Source: Hanamia sp. (GTDB lineage Bacteria; Bacteroidota; Bacteroidia; Chitinophagales; Chitinophagaceae). Taken from it: a stretch of 64,000 nucleotides of DNA. Shown one piece after another: positions 19,409 to 28,892 of the stretch; position 1 is the stretch's first letter; each line of letters begins with the position of its first letter. A program made the position numbers and the translations under genes. Under the pieces are notes generated by a model. It ran no database searches. It had not been told where the DNA came from and saw only the letters and a program-made list of their open reading frames with translations. Location of the stretch: the NCBI GenBank assembly GCA_965276925.1, contig OZ255711.1, positions 3,724,652 to 3,788,651 of the forward strand, read 5' to 3'.

Positions 19409-22387
19409 TTAATCATAAATATTATCCGTTATCTGCTGGTAGTTCGCTATAATACCTTTAATGCTTTCATTGTGTAAGAGATTGCGGAAAATAACATCCA
19501 TCATTTTATACTCACCATTTTTATGCTGAAGCCGGAGCTGGCTTTTTATATTTTTACCCGGATTTTTAAGGGCGTCTTCAAAAAGATTTTTATTTAATTT
19601 TCTATCATCAGGATGTATAAGATCCAGGTCAAAAATATTTTTGTTCAGCGTATCCTGCACCTGGTAGCCGAGGCTATTTTCCAGGGCTTCACTTTGATAA
19701 ATAATATTGCCATCTTTTGAATAAATTGTCATTATATCAAAAGCGTTTTCCAGCAAAAGCCGGAAGCGCTCCTCTCTTTCTTTAAGCTCGCTTTGAGCAT
19801 TGTACATCTCAGTTATATCCTGTATTACCAATAAAACTCTATGCTTTTCTACGCCTGAGTTATCCATGCGCATGGCGTTAAACAACAATGTTTTTTCACC
19901 TATGCCTGGCAAGATGCGCGTTACTTGTATATTGTCAAACATTTTTCCATCGTGCGCCACTTGTTCCAGTTTATTTCTCAGGGGATCAAAATTCCACAAG
20001 CCTTTTTCTACATTAAAGAAAAACTGGCCTTCTGTAAAATCAATACTTGTTTTAAACATATTAAAATAGGCCTTGTTAGCAGTGCGAATGCGCATGTCGG
20101 GACTAAGAACCAGCAAAGGCTCATTTATAGTTTGAATGATGGCAGTGGAAAACTGAACAGATTCTCTTAATTCATTATTGCGCTGCTGCATTTCTTCATT
20201 AATGGTAATCAATTCTTCATTGGTGCTTTGCAATTCTTCTTTACTTGTCTCCAGCTCTTCATTAATGCTTTGCAATTCTTCGTTGGAAGACAGCACTTCT
20301 TCATTGGAGCTTTGCAGCTCTTCTCTTGTTGCCTCAAACTCCTCACTCATCCTGCGCATATACTCCCGCGCTTCTGTAAGCTGCTGGCCCAGTTTTGTAA
20401 TGCGCTCATCTTTCGACCCTTTACCCTTCACTTCACTTTTTACCGATACTTTTTCTTCATTGGCTCTTACCACAATTATTTCCCGAAAAAGTATCAGGTA
20501 ATAAAAATCTTTTACAGGTGAATGTACAGGCACCACTTCTATGCTTATATCTCTTTCGGACCCATTAATTGCCAAATGCACATCATCTTTACGTACGGGT
20601 ATACCGCTTTGTTTTGCCTTATTAATAAGGTTTTTTATTTCAATGACCAATTCTTCCTTCACCATTTTTAATAAATGAAAACTGGCTTTGCCGGGAGATG
20701 GCTGCAGGTAGTTGGATGTGTTGCCATGAAAGTGCAGTATTTGCAGGTCTTTATTTACAACCACGCTGGCTGGCACATAGCGGGAAAGCAATAACTTATC
20801 AGTTTCCTTTTCAATATCAATATCAGCTACCGGCTCAGTATTGCCATTTGGTGCTTCTGATAAAGAAGGGTATGATTTTTTCATAGAAAAATCTAACAGA
20901 TGATTTCCCGAAGGCACATCTTTTTTTGTATAGATCTTATATTCTTTATCCATCTGTGAGAAAAGCTCAATGGAATTGCCCACGCTTTCCGATTTTCCCA
21001 ATAATAAATATCCTGTTGGCTTAAGTGAATAGTGAAAGGCCTGTAATATTTTTTTCTGTGGATTACTTTCCAGGTAGATCATCACATTTTGGCAACTGAT
21101 GATATCCATTCTTGAAAAAGGAGGATCTTTTAAAAGGTTATGCGCAGCGAAGATGCATACATCCCGAATTGGTTTTATTATTTGATAGTGGCCATCTGTC
21201 TTTATAAAATATCGCTTCAGGCGGTCTTCAGATACATTCTCCATCACGCCTTTAGGGTACAATCCTGCACGCGCTTTATCAATGGCGGTTTCATTCAGGT
21301 CTGTGCCAAATATTTGTATGGGCGTGGTAAGCGCCTTATCCTGTAAATAATCGAATAAACATATCGCAAGCGAGAAAGCTTCTTCCCCATTGGCACAGGC
21401 GGGCGTCCATATCCGCAGCATATCGGTGGGTTTACGGTCTTTAAAAAGCTCCGGAAAAATTCTGTTTGTCAATGCCTCGTACACGGCTGCATCTCTAAAA
21501 AAGCTGGTAACATTTATAAGCAGATCTTTATATAGCTGCTCTATCTCCTGGTTATTTTCTCTTAAATATTTTGTATAATCTGTTAAGTTAGTAAACCTGT
21601 TTAAGGTCATGCGGCGCAGTATGCGGCGGTTTACAGTAGTTGTTTTATAATATCCAAAATCAACATCTTTTTTATTATGTAATATGGCGCGTATCTTTTT
21701 TAAAGCGGCTGCGTTGGCTTCTGCAAGCTCGTTCATGGTTAAGATGCCCTGCGGATTTTTTACTATGGCTGTTATCTCCTGTGCAATTCGTTTGCAGGGT
21801 AACACAAAATCTGTAAAGCCGGAATCAGACGCAGATTTAGGCATGCCGGAAAACTCAGCTGATTCATCCTGCGCAAAGGTGATGCCTCCATGTTCTTTCA
21901 CTGCCTGCACGCCCTCCATACCATCTGTGCCACTACCAGATAAAATTACAGCCACTGCCTTGGTCTCGTACACCGTTGCCAGTGCATTTAAAAAAAAATT
22001 TACAGAATGATAAACTCCTTTTTCCTTCACCCTTTCTGATAAGGTAAGCTTACTATCTACAATGCTCATGTAAGCATTAGGCGGTATTACATATACATTA
22101 TCCGGCTCTATATGCATGTCATCTGTAACGCTATGAACTTTCATTTTCGTTTTTCGTGCCAGTAACTCAGGCAGTATACTTTCATGTGTAGGCGAAAGGT
22201 GCTGAATAACTACATAGGTCATACCGAGGTCTGTCGGAAGGTTTTCCAGTAATTCATTTAAAGCCTGCAGGCCGCCTGAGGAAGCGCCAATGGCAACCAC
22301 AGGATGTAATTTCTTTAGATCTTCCGGGGAGGTAGCGGCCTGACCGTTATGTTCGGGTGTATGGTTAGTTGTAAATTCTTTTTTCAT
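19409..22387 (-). CDS. CheB methylesterase-CheR methyltransferase fusion with coiled coil and PAS domains
   Basis: CheB GASSGG / QHL / GSGTDG, CheR NVTSFFRD, ACANGEE and DPPFSRMDIISCQNV, an EELQSxNEEL coil and two PAS domains. It has no kinase domain. Confidence 0.93.
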   Translation of the reverse strand: MKKEFTTNHTPEHNGQAATSPEDLKKLHPVVAIGASSGGLQALNELLENLPTDLGMTYVVIQHLSPTHESILPELLARKTKMKVHSVTDDMHIEPDNVYVIPPNAYMSIVDSKLTLSERVKEKGVYHSVNFFLNALATVYETKAVAVILSGSGTDGMEGVQAVKEHGGITFAQDESAEFSGMPKSASDSGFTDFVLPCKRIAQEITAIVKNPQGILTMNELAEANAAALKKIRAILHNKKDVDFGYYKTTTVNRRILRRMTLNRFTNLTDYTKYLRENNQEIEQLYKDLLINVTSFFRDAAVYEALTNRIFPELFKDRKPTDMLRIWTPACANGEEAFSLAICLFDYLQDKALTTPIQIFGTDLNETAIDKARAGLYPKGVMENVSEDRLKRYFIKTDGHYQIIKPIRDVCIFAAHNLLKDPPFSRMDIISCQNVMIYLESNPQKKILQAFHYSLKPTGYLLLGKSESVGNSIELFSQMDKEYKIYTKKDVPSGNHLLDFSMKKSYPSLSEAPNGNTEPVADIDIEKETDKLLLSRYVPASVVVNKDLQILHFHGNTSNYLQPSPGKASFHLLKMVKEELVIEIKNLINKAKQSGIPVRKDDVHLAINGSERDISIEVVPVHSPVKDFYYLILFREIIVVRANEEKVSVKSEVKGKGSKDERITKLGQQLTEAREYMRRMSEEFEATREELQSSNEEVLSSNEELQSINEELETSKEELQSTNEELITINEEMQQRNNELRESVQFSTAIIQTINEPLLVLSPDMRIRTANKAYFNMFKTSIDFTEGQFFFNVEKGLWNFDPLRNKLEQVAHDGKMFDNIQVTRILPGIGEKTLLFNAMRMDNSGVEKHRVLLVIQDITEMYNAQSELKEREERFRLLLENAFDIMTIYSKDGNIIYQSEALENSLGYQVQDTLNKNIFDLDLIHPDDRKLNKNLFEDALKNPGKNIKSQLRLQHKNGEYKMMDVIFRNLLHNESIKGIIANYQQITDNIYD

Positions 22388-22740
22388 TATTATATTTAAA
22401 ATCTGGGGTTGTTAAATATAACGAATAAAATTCATGCCTGTTTTCACGTTTAATTTAGTTACTCTTTGTTTAAACTATTTGATGGATTGATTAAACAAAT
22501 TTTTTTTAAAAAAAAAGAAAAATAATTTTTTGTATTAAATAATTCTGTAATATTGCATACAGCTTTTGACATACTTAAAAAGCGCGTTACCTACATACAA
22601 CAGCATTTCGCCTGTAATTTTTTTTTTCCCGTTTTCTAAATTTTTTTTAATAGTTTTTATAAAATTATTATCCGATACAGTTTTTGCTGTTGCATGAATT
22701 TTCTTAAATAATTTTTATAACAGCAACCCCAAATTGTATT

Positions 22741-23415
22741 ATGAATAATACTATTACTACCGACCTCGAAAGTTCTTTCCGCATACTTGTACACGAACTG
22801 CGCAATCCCCTTACGAATGTGAACCTTGCCAACGTTTGTATAAACGATATGATTGACGGCAACAGCTTTGACGGAATAAATATTAAAACATTTACCAGCC
22901 TTATAGCAAAAAACGTAAGTAAGATGGAGCAAATGCTGAAAACGCTTATAGATTTTAACCAGGACGGCCAGGTGGAACTCTCCCATGCAGATGTTTGCGA
23001 CTGTATAGAGGAAGCGCTGTTGAGAGCTGAAGACAGGATATACCTGCAACACGTAAAAATTAAAAAGCAATTTCTTGCGGAGCCTTTAGTGCCCGGCGAT
23101 ACAGAAAAGTTAGTTATCGCCTTTTTAAACATAATTATTAATGCGTTGGAAGCCATGGAAGCCAAAGACAATGCGTGTCTTGATATAACGGTATATGGCC
23201 TGGACGGAGAAATAAAAGTTGTTATTGAAGATAACGGCAAAGGGATGCAGCCGGATGTAGCAGAAAAAATATTTGACAGTTACTACACCAGTAAGCCTGA
23301 TGGATTAGGCATGGGCCTCTCGCATACAAAAAAAATTTTGGAGATGCATAACGCAACAGTTTCGGTAAAAAGCGAGCCAGACATGGGTACAACAGCAGTC
23401 ATCAGCTTTTCTTAA
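22741..23415 (+). CDS. Stand-alone histidine kinase core (HisKA + HATPase) without sensor domain
   Basis: LVHELRNPL starts 17 aa from the N-terminus, followed by NIIINA, EDNGKG, FDSYYTSK and GLGMGLS. Confidence 0.9.
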   Translation: MNNTITTDLESSFRILVHELRNPLTNVNLANVCINDMIDGNSFDGINIKTFTSLIAKNVSKMEQMLKTLIDFNQDGQVELSHADVCDCIEEALLRAEDRIYLQHVKIKKQFLAEPLVPGDTEKLVIAFLNIIINALEAMEAKDNACLDITVYGLDGEIKVVIEDNGKGMQPDVAEKIFDSYYTSKPDGLGMGLSHTKKILEMHNATVSVKSEPDMGTTAVISFS

Positions 23416-23488
23416 AGAACTTTTCTTTTTATCCTGTGTTTTGGCTTTATTAAATTTTAATAGAAACTATAACAGAAATTATACACTA

Positions 23489-23734
23489 ATGATGAATCAA
23501 ACACTTCCCAAATTAAGGCCTTTACTTTCTGCAACTATGAAAGAAGCGCTAATGAATTGCCACGAAGCTGCCCTGATGAAATTAGAACCTTACGAAGCCG
23601 GTTCTTTAAAATATGCAAAAGGGTTAATTAACAGGGGGCTTCTTGAGCCAAGAACCTTTATCTCAGAAAGAGGTAAGCCGTATACAGCAGTATACATTAC
23701 CCCGCTCGGCGAACATTTTTTAACCAAAATGTAA
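23489..23734 (+). CDS. Small hypothetical protein, possible winged-helix
   Basis: An 81-aa ORF from ATG 23489. The C-terminal LINRGLLE...VYITPLGEHFL resembles a wHTH wing and final helix. Confidence 0.55.
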   Translation: MMNQTLPKLRPLLSATMKEALMNCHEAALMKLEPYEAGSLKYAKGLINRGLLEPRTFISERGKPYTAVYITPLGEHFLTKM

Positions 23735-23847
23735 AATATTATTCATTAAAAAAGAAGCCGCAGGCAGTAGTAACAGGTAGCGCAAAGCTTGGATTGATAG
23801 TTGTTGGGTATTTACACCATAATCTATAACAATTAAAACTTACAACA

Positions 23848-24048
23848 ATGATGAAAGTATTAAATGCTTTTTTAGCAGGCCTTGCAGTAGGCATATTATT
23901 CGCACCGCGCTCCGGTGATGAAACAAGGGAAAAGCTTTCCGGTTTATTTACCGATTATAAAGACACAGCAAAAGATTACTTGTCCGGCGCTGCAGATACT
24001 GTAGAATCAAAAGCTCACCAGGCCAGCGAGGCTATAAAAAGTATGTAA
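23848..24048 (+). CDS. YtxH domain-containing protein
   Basis: FLAGLAVGILFAPRSGDETR motif. Confidence 0.88.
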   Translation: MMKVLNAFLAGLAVGILFAPRSGDETREKLSGLFTDYKDTAKDYLSGAADTVESKAHQASEAIKSM

Positions 24049-24125
24049 TATTCCACCTGATTCACGAACAAAGATTTACGGGTTGAGCGACTTAATGTTA
24101 TCAGCGGGTATTTTTTTCAGGAAAG

Positions 24126-24150
24126 GCTGCATAAAAGTGCAGCTTTTTTT
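24126..24150 (+). terminator. Intrinsic terminator after the YtxH gene
   Basis: GCTGCA-TAAAAG-TGCAGC followed by T7. Confidence 0.7.
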
Positions 24151-24270
24151 ATATCCCTTCCTGTAATTGCCCTTTTGATAATTTAAGCAATACCATAAAA
24201 CACATAATTTTTTCTTACATTAGCTTTGATAGCCATAAGCAAAAAGATTATTTTGGCAATAAGAAAAGTA

Positions 24271-24711
24271 ATGATCACAGAACAATATCCAAAAGCTTAT
24301 CTGTATAAAAGAATTGTTCAGGCAAAGCTTTTTATTGATAAAAATTATGCCTGCAAAATTGATATTGACCACATATCAGGCGAAGCATTTTTTTCTAAAT
24401 TTCATTTCATCCGCCTGTTCAAAGAAGTTTATGGCAAAACACCGCATCAGTATGTAACCTCGGTTAGAATTAATAATGCTATACTATTATTTCAAAAAAA
24501 CAAACCTGTTTCAGAGGTTTGCATTTCAGTTGGCTTTGAAAGCCTGGGTTCTTTCAGCGGATTGTTCAAAAAAAATGTTGGCGTTTCACCGGCTGCTTTT
24601 CTAAAACAAGAACAACATAAAAAGCAACAAATTATAAAAAACCCATTGAATTATGTGTCAGGTTGTTTTGCATATAAAATGGGCTGGATAAAAGACAGCA
24701 ATTTTGAATAA
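24271..24711 (+). CDS. AraC-family transcriptional regulator (HTH only)
   Basis: FSKFHFIRLFK.VYGKTP...VSEVCISVGFESLGSFSGLFKK. The start is set at MITEQ. Confidence 0.9.
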   Translation: MITEQYPKAYLYKRIVQAKLFIDKNYACKIDIDHISGEAFFSKFHFIRLFKEVYGKTPHQYVTSVRINNAILLFQKNKPVSEVCISVGFESLGSFSGLFKKNVGVSPAAFLKQEQHKKQQIIKNPLNYVSGCFAYKMGWIKDSNFE

Positions 24712-24770
24712 GTTAAATAATAATGGTTAGCTGACCTTTGCTCCATTATTATAACTTAAAAAGAAAAACA

Positions 24771-25181
24771 ATGATTAGAAAATTAACTTTCAGCACCGTT
24801 TATGTTTTAAACCAGGAAAGCGCTTATGATTTTTATGTAAACAAATTAGGTTTCAAAGTTCATACAGATGCACCACTTGGAAATAATAACCGGTGGCTAA
24901 CTGTAACGCCGCCCGACCAACCAGAAATAGAACTCTCATTAATGCTGGTAACTGAAGGCAGAATGTTTTCAAAAGAAGCCGTTGTAACAGTAACTGACCT
25001 CATAAAAAAGGGAACATTTGGGCATGGAGGATTTGAGTGCAACGACATTTATGCTACCTATGAAGAGCTGAAAAGCAAAGGCGTTGTATTTGCACAAACG
25101 CCCAAAGAAGAATCTTATGGAGTAGCAGCGGTTTTTACAGATGATTCAGGAAACTGGTTTTCATTAAGCCAAAAACAATAA
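24771..25181 (+). CDS. VOC (glyoxalase/bleomycin resistance) family protein
   Basis: FYVNKLGF, RWLTV.PP and F.DDSGNWFSL. This is the common AraC-VOC pairing. Confidence 0.88.
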   Translation: MIRKLTFSTVYVLNQESAYDFYVNKLGFKVHTDAPLGNNNRWLTVTPPDQPEIELSLMLVTEGRMFSKEAVVTVTDLIKKGTFGHGGFECNDIYATYEELKSKGVVFAQTPKEESYGVAAVFTDDSGNWFSLSQKQ

Positions 25182-25339
25182 TTTTAATAAAACATAAGAG
25201 ATTTATAATATCTAAATTAAGGAAAAGACATTGGATAAATGGTGCTTTCATTTATTCAATTTCAACTACTTTTTTATCCATATAAAATTGCCAATTTGTA
25301 TTGTTGTTGCTTGCTGTATGTATTAATTTTGCATGATAT

Positions 25340-26581
25340 ATGATCACTCAAACGCAACCACAATCTTTAACGGCGAAGAACATTGCAGGGGCTACTGTGT
25401 TTCCAATATTGCTGAGCATCAGCTTTTCGCATTTGCTTAATGATTCCATACAATCTCTTATTCCTTCCATTTATCCTTTGGTAAAAAAATCTTTCAGCCT
25501 GAGCTTTGCACAGGTAGGCCTTATCACGTTAACCTTTCAGTTAGCTGCATCTTTATTACAGCCTTTTGTAGGCTTTTATACTGATAAACATCCCAAGCCT
25601 TTTTCGCTTGCTGTCGGTATGGGGTTCACTTTAATAGGATTAATATTTTTATCATTTTCACAAAGTTTTTCTACCACTCTTTTATCGGTCGGGCTTATTG
25701 GCATTGGTTCTTCCATCTTTCACCCTGAAGCATCAAAGGTGGCCTACATGGCTTCGGGGGGCAAGCGTGGCCTGGCCCAATCCATCTTCCAGGTAGGCGG
25801 CAATGCAGGCAGCGCTTTGGGGCCTTTGCTGGCGGCCATTATTATTGTGCCTTATGGCAGAACACACATCATATATTTTGGTGCGCTTGCACTAATTGCC
25901 ATTATGCTTCTTACAGCTATTGGCAATTGGTATAAAAACAATATGCACCTTATAAAGCCAAAAAACAGTGGTAATCTTACTGAAAATGCGCCTCTTCTTT
26001 CTAAAAAGAAAATTGCCTTTTCCGTTGGCATTTTATTACTGCTCATATTTTCAAAATATTTTTACCTCGCCAGCATGACGAGCTATTATACTTTTTATTT
26101 AATAAACAAGTTTGGCGTATCAGTACAAAACTCTCAGGTACATCTTTTTATTTTTCTGGGAGCAGTAGCGGCAGGTACTTTTATTGGTGGTCCATTGGGA
26201 GATAAATTTGGAAGAAAATATGTTATCTGGTTTTCTATACTCGGTGTAGCGCCCTTTACATTGCTGCTGCCGTACGCCAGTTTATTTTGGACGAGTATTC
26301 TTTCGGTTGTTATTGGTTTTATTCTGGCCTCTGCCTTCTCCGCAATATTAGTATATGCACAGGAATTACTGCCTGGAAAAATAGGAACCGTCTCAGGTTT
26401 ATTTTTTGGTTTTGCTTTTGGAATGGGCGGCATAGGTTCCGCAGTGCTGGGCGTTTTAGCAGACCACACCAGCATCAGTTATGTTTATAAAGTTTGTGCC
26501 TTTCTTCCTTTAATTGGAATTATCACCGGCTTTCTGCCCGACATTGGCAGCAAAAAAAGATTATCAGAAAATAAATCGTAG
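25340..26581 (+). CDS. fsr: Fsr-like MFS transporter (fosmidomycin resistance family)
   Basis: SHLLNDSIQS, SLLQPFVG..TD, FHPEAS, AQSIFQVGGNAG and GGPLGDKFGRK. Confidence 0.85.
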   Translation: MITQTQPQSLTAKNIAGATVFPILLSISFSHLLNDSIQSLIPSIYPLVKKSFSLSFAQVGLITLTFQLAASLLQPFVGFYTDKHPKPFSLAVGMGFTLIGLIFLSFSQSFSTTLLSVGLIGIGSSIFHPEASKVAYMASGGKRGLAQSIFQVGGNAGSALGPLLAAIIIVPYGRTHIIYFGALALIAIMLLTAIGNWYKNNMHLIKPKNSGNLTENAPLLSKKKIAFSVGILLLLIFSKYFYLASMTSYYTFYLINKFGVSVQNSQVHLFIFLGAVAAGTFIGGPLGDKFGRKYVIWFSILGVAPFTLLLPYASLFWTSILSVVIGFILASAFSAILVYAQELLPGKIGTVSGLFFGFAFGMGGIGSAVLGVLADHTSISYVYKVCAFLPLIGIITGFLPDIGSKKRLSENKS

Positions 26582-26704
26582 TGAGTGCTATTCTTATTTT
26601 GCTAAGCGCAAATACTCGGGTATACCTACTCCGCATAAACCTTCGTGTTAAAGCAGCCATAGACTTTGATCTTTTATCTTTACCTGATGAATGGAAACTT
26701 TACA

Positions 26705-28069
26705 ATGTGGAATGATACGATCGCAGCTATCGCCACTCCACCTGGCGTGGGCACCATTGGAGTTATCAGATTGAGCGGCGATAAATCTTTTGATATAATT
26801 AATAAAATATTTCCATCAAAAGATGTTTCTCTGCAACCAGCAAATACTTTGCATATTGGCTATCTGAAAGATGGCGATACAATTATTGATGAAGTGGTTG
26901 TTTCGGTTTTTAAATCCCCTAATTCATACACCGGTGAAGATGTGATAGAAGTAAGCTGCCATGGTTCGGCATTTGTTCAGCAACAGGTTATTAATACGCT
27001 TATCAGCTATGGCGCAAGGCTTGCGAAGCCAGGCGAATTTACACAAAGAGCTTTTTTAAATGGCAAGCTGGATCTTGTTCAGGCTGAAGCTGTAGCCGAT
27101 CTGATTGCCAGCAATACCAGCGCTTCGCAAAATGCTGCATTAAAAAATATGCGCGGCGGCTTTTCAGGCATGCTTAAAAATATGAGGGAGCAGCTTATAC
27201 AATTTGCTGCACTTATTGAGCTTGAGCTTGATTTTAGTGAGGAAGATGTTGAGTTTGCTGACAGAACAAAGTTCATTAACCTGATAAATACTATAACGGA
27301 TACTGTAAATGTTTTACTCAATTCTTTTAAGATGGGCAACGTTATAAAAAATGGTGTGAGCGTTGCAATAATCGGAAGCCCGAATGCAGGAAAATCAACC
27401 CTTCTAAACACTTTGCTAAATGAAAACCGGGCCTTGGTAAGCGACATTGCCGGCACCACGAGAGATACCATTGAGGAGGTCATAAACATTAAGGGTATTA
27501 TGTTCCGGCTAATTGATACTGCCGGCATCCGGGAGCATTCAAAGGATATAATTGAAAATATGGGTGTAGAAAAAAGCAAAGAGAAAATAAAGCAGGCAGA
27601 TATTGTTTTATATCTTTTCGACATTGCTATTCCTGATGATGAATATTATGCAATGAGCTATGAAATAAAAAAGCAAAATGAGAAAGTAGTTTTGGTGGCA
27701 AACAAGATTGATTTGATCAGTGATGACCTGTATGAAACCTTTGAGCAAAAATTTAAAGACGCAGTTTTTGTTTCTGCCAAAATGAATAAAGGTATTCACT
27801 TATTAAAAGAAAAATTGTTTGCCATAGCCTCATCGGATAGTAGCTTAACAGAAAATATAATTATTACAAATGCACGACACCACAGCCTTTTAAAAGAAGT
27901 TGCGCTATCACTTTCCGAAATAAAAAACGGTATTAATCATAAGATTTCAACAGACCTGCTATCTGCTGATATAAAGCGTTGCCTTCATTTTTTAGGCGAG
28001 ATAACGGGAGAGATATCTAATGAAGATATGCTTGATTATATATTCAGTAAGTTTTGTATTGGTAAATAG
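26705..28069 (+). CDS. mnmE: tRNA modification GTPase MnmE
   Basis: AIATPPG, SYTGEDVIE.SCHG, PGEFTQRAFLNGK, GSPNAGKS, DTAG and the terminal FSKFCIGK. Confidence 0.97.
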   Translation: MWNDTIAAIATPPGVGTIGVIRLSGDKSFDIINKIFPSKDVSLQPANTLHIGYLKDGDTIIDEVVVSVFKSPNSYTGEDVIEVSCHGSAFVQQQVINTLISYGARLAKPGEFTQRAFLNGKLDLVQAEAVADLIASNTSASQNAALKNMRGGFSGMLKNMREQLIQFAALIELELDFSEEDVEFADRTKFINLINTITDTVNVLLNSFKMGNVIKNGVSVAIIGSPNAGKSTLLNTLLNENRALVSDIAGTTRDTIEEVINIKGIMFRLIDTAGIREHSKDIIENMGVEKSKEKIKQADIVLYLFDIAIPDDEYYAMSYEIKKQNEKVVLVANKIDLISDDLYETFEQKFKDAVFVSAKMNKGIHLLKEKLFAIASSDSSLTENIIITNARHHSLLKEVALSLSEIKNGINHKISTDLLSADIKRCLHFLGEITGEISNEDMLDYIFSKFCIGK

Positions 28070-28123
28070 TAGTAGTATTAACAGTAATAACCATATTGAA
28101 AAGTTTACTATTAGAAAACCTTA

Positions 28124-28131
28124 TATCTTTG
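28124..28131 (+). promoter_or_regulatory. -7 element (TATCTTTG) for higBA
   Basis: Matches TAnnTTTG and ends 4 nt before the GTG start. Confidence 0.6.
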
Positions 28132-28135
28132 TATT

Positions 28136-28447
28136 GTGTTTAATATTATTGCCCGCAGAACGCTATTGGCATATTGTAAAAAATACCCCGAAACAGCCAC
28201 AGCATTACAAGAATGGTATTATGAGCTTTTAAGAATTGATTTTAAAAATTTTAATGAAGTAAAAAAAGTGTATGGAAATGTTAGTATTGTAGGTGACGAC
28301 AGGGTGGTTTTTAACATTATGGGTAATAATTACCGGTTAGTGGTAAGAATGGTATTTGAATATAAAACAATACAAATAAAATGGTTTGGAACACATGCAG
28401 AATATAATAAAACTGATGTAAGCAGAGTTAAATTTAAAAAGAAGTAA
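28136..28447 (+). CDS. higB: Type II toxin, HigB family
   Basis: NIIARRTL, W....F.EVK..Y..VS, DRVVFNIMGNNYRLVV and WFGTHAEY. Confidence 0.9.
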   Translation: MFNIIARRTLLAYCKKYPETATALQEWYYELLRIDFKNFNEVKKVYGNVSIVGDDRVVFNIMGNNYRLVVRMVFEYKTIQIKWFGTHAEYNKTDVSRVKFKKK

Positions 28448-28449
28448 TT

Positions 28450-28806
28450 ATGACATTAAAACCCATAAAATCAAAAAAAGATTATGAGGCTTATCTAAAT
28501 TGGGTAGATCATCTGTTTGACAAAAAAGTAAAGAATAATACACCCGAAGGAGAAAATTTACATGTTGCTTTATTACTTATCAAGGAATATGAAGATAAAC
28601 ATTACCCTGTTCCCGTACCTGACCCAATCGAAGCTATAAAGATTAAGATGCAACAAAAAGGATTAAAAAATAAAGACCTGGTAGGGAAAATAGGAACAAA
28701 AGGATATGTATCTGCTGTGCTTAATAAAAAAAAGCCGCTCACATTGGAGCTGGCTAAAATATTTCATCGGGAGTTAGGAATATCTGCGGATGTTTTATTG
28801 TCTTAA
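28450..28806 (+). CDS. higA: Type II antitoxin, HigA family (XRE HTH)
   Basis: LKPIKS..DYE, LI.EYE.KHYP, PDPIEAIK..M and a C-terminal HTH. It lies directly downstream of the toxin. Confidence 0.9.
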   Translation: MTLKPIKSKKDYEAYLNWVDHLFDKKVKNNTPEGENLHVALLLIKEYEDKHYPVPVPDPIEAIKIKMQQKGLKNKDLVGKIGTKGYVSAVLNKKKPLTLELAKIFHRELGISADVLLS

Positions 28807-28892
28807 AAGGAGTGAACTTTATTATTTATCACTGACATAAGAATTCTATTTGCGAGCTTATAAATTTAGTAGAATAAATTTAAGCGCTTTTA

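Noticed and set aside
22657-23240. Minus-strand ORFs 22657-23070 and 22704-23240
   Set aside because: They are antisense to a clear histidine kinase and have no motifs. The same applies to the many other short ORFs nested in identified genes.
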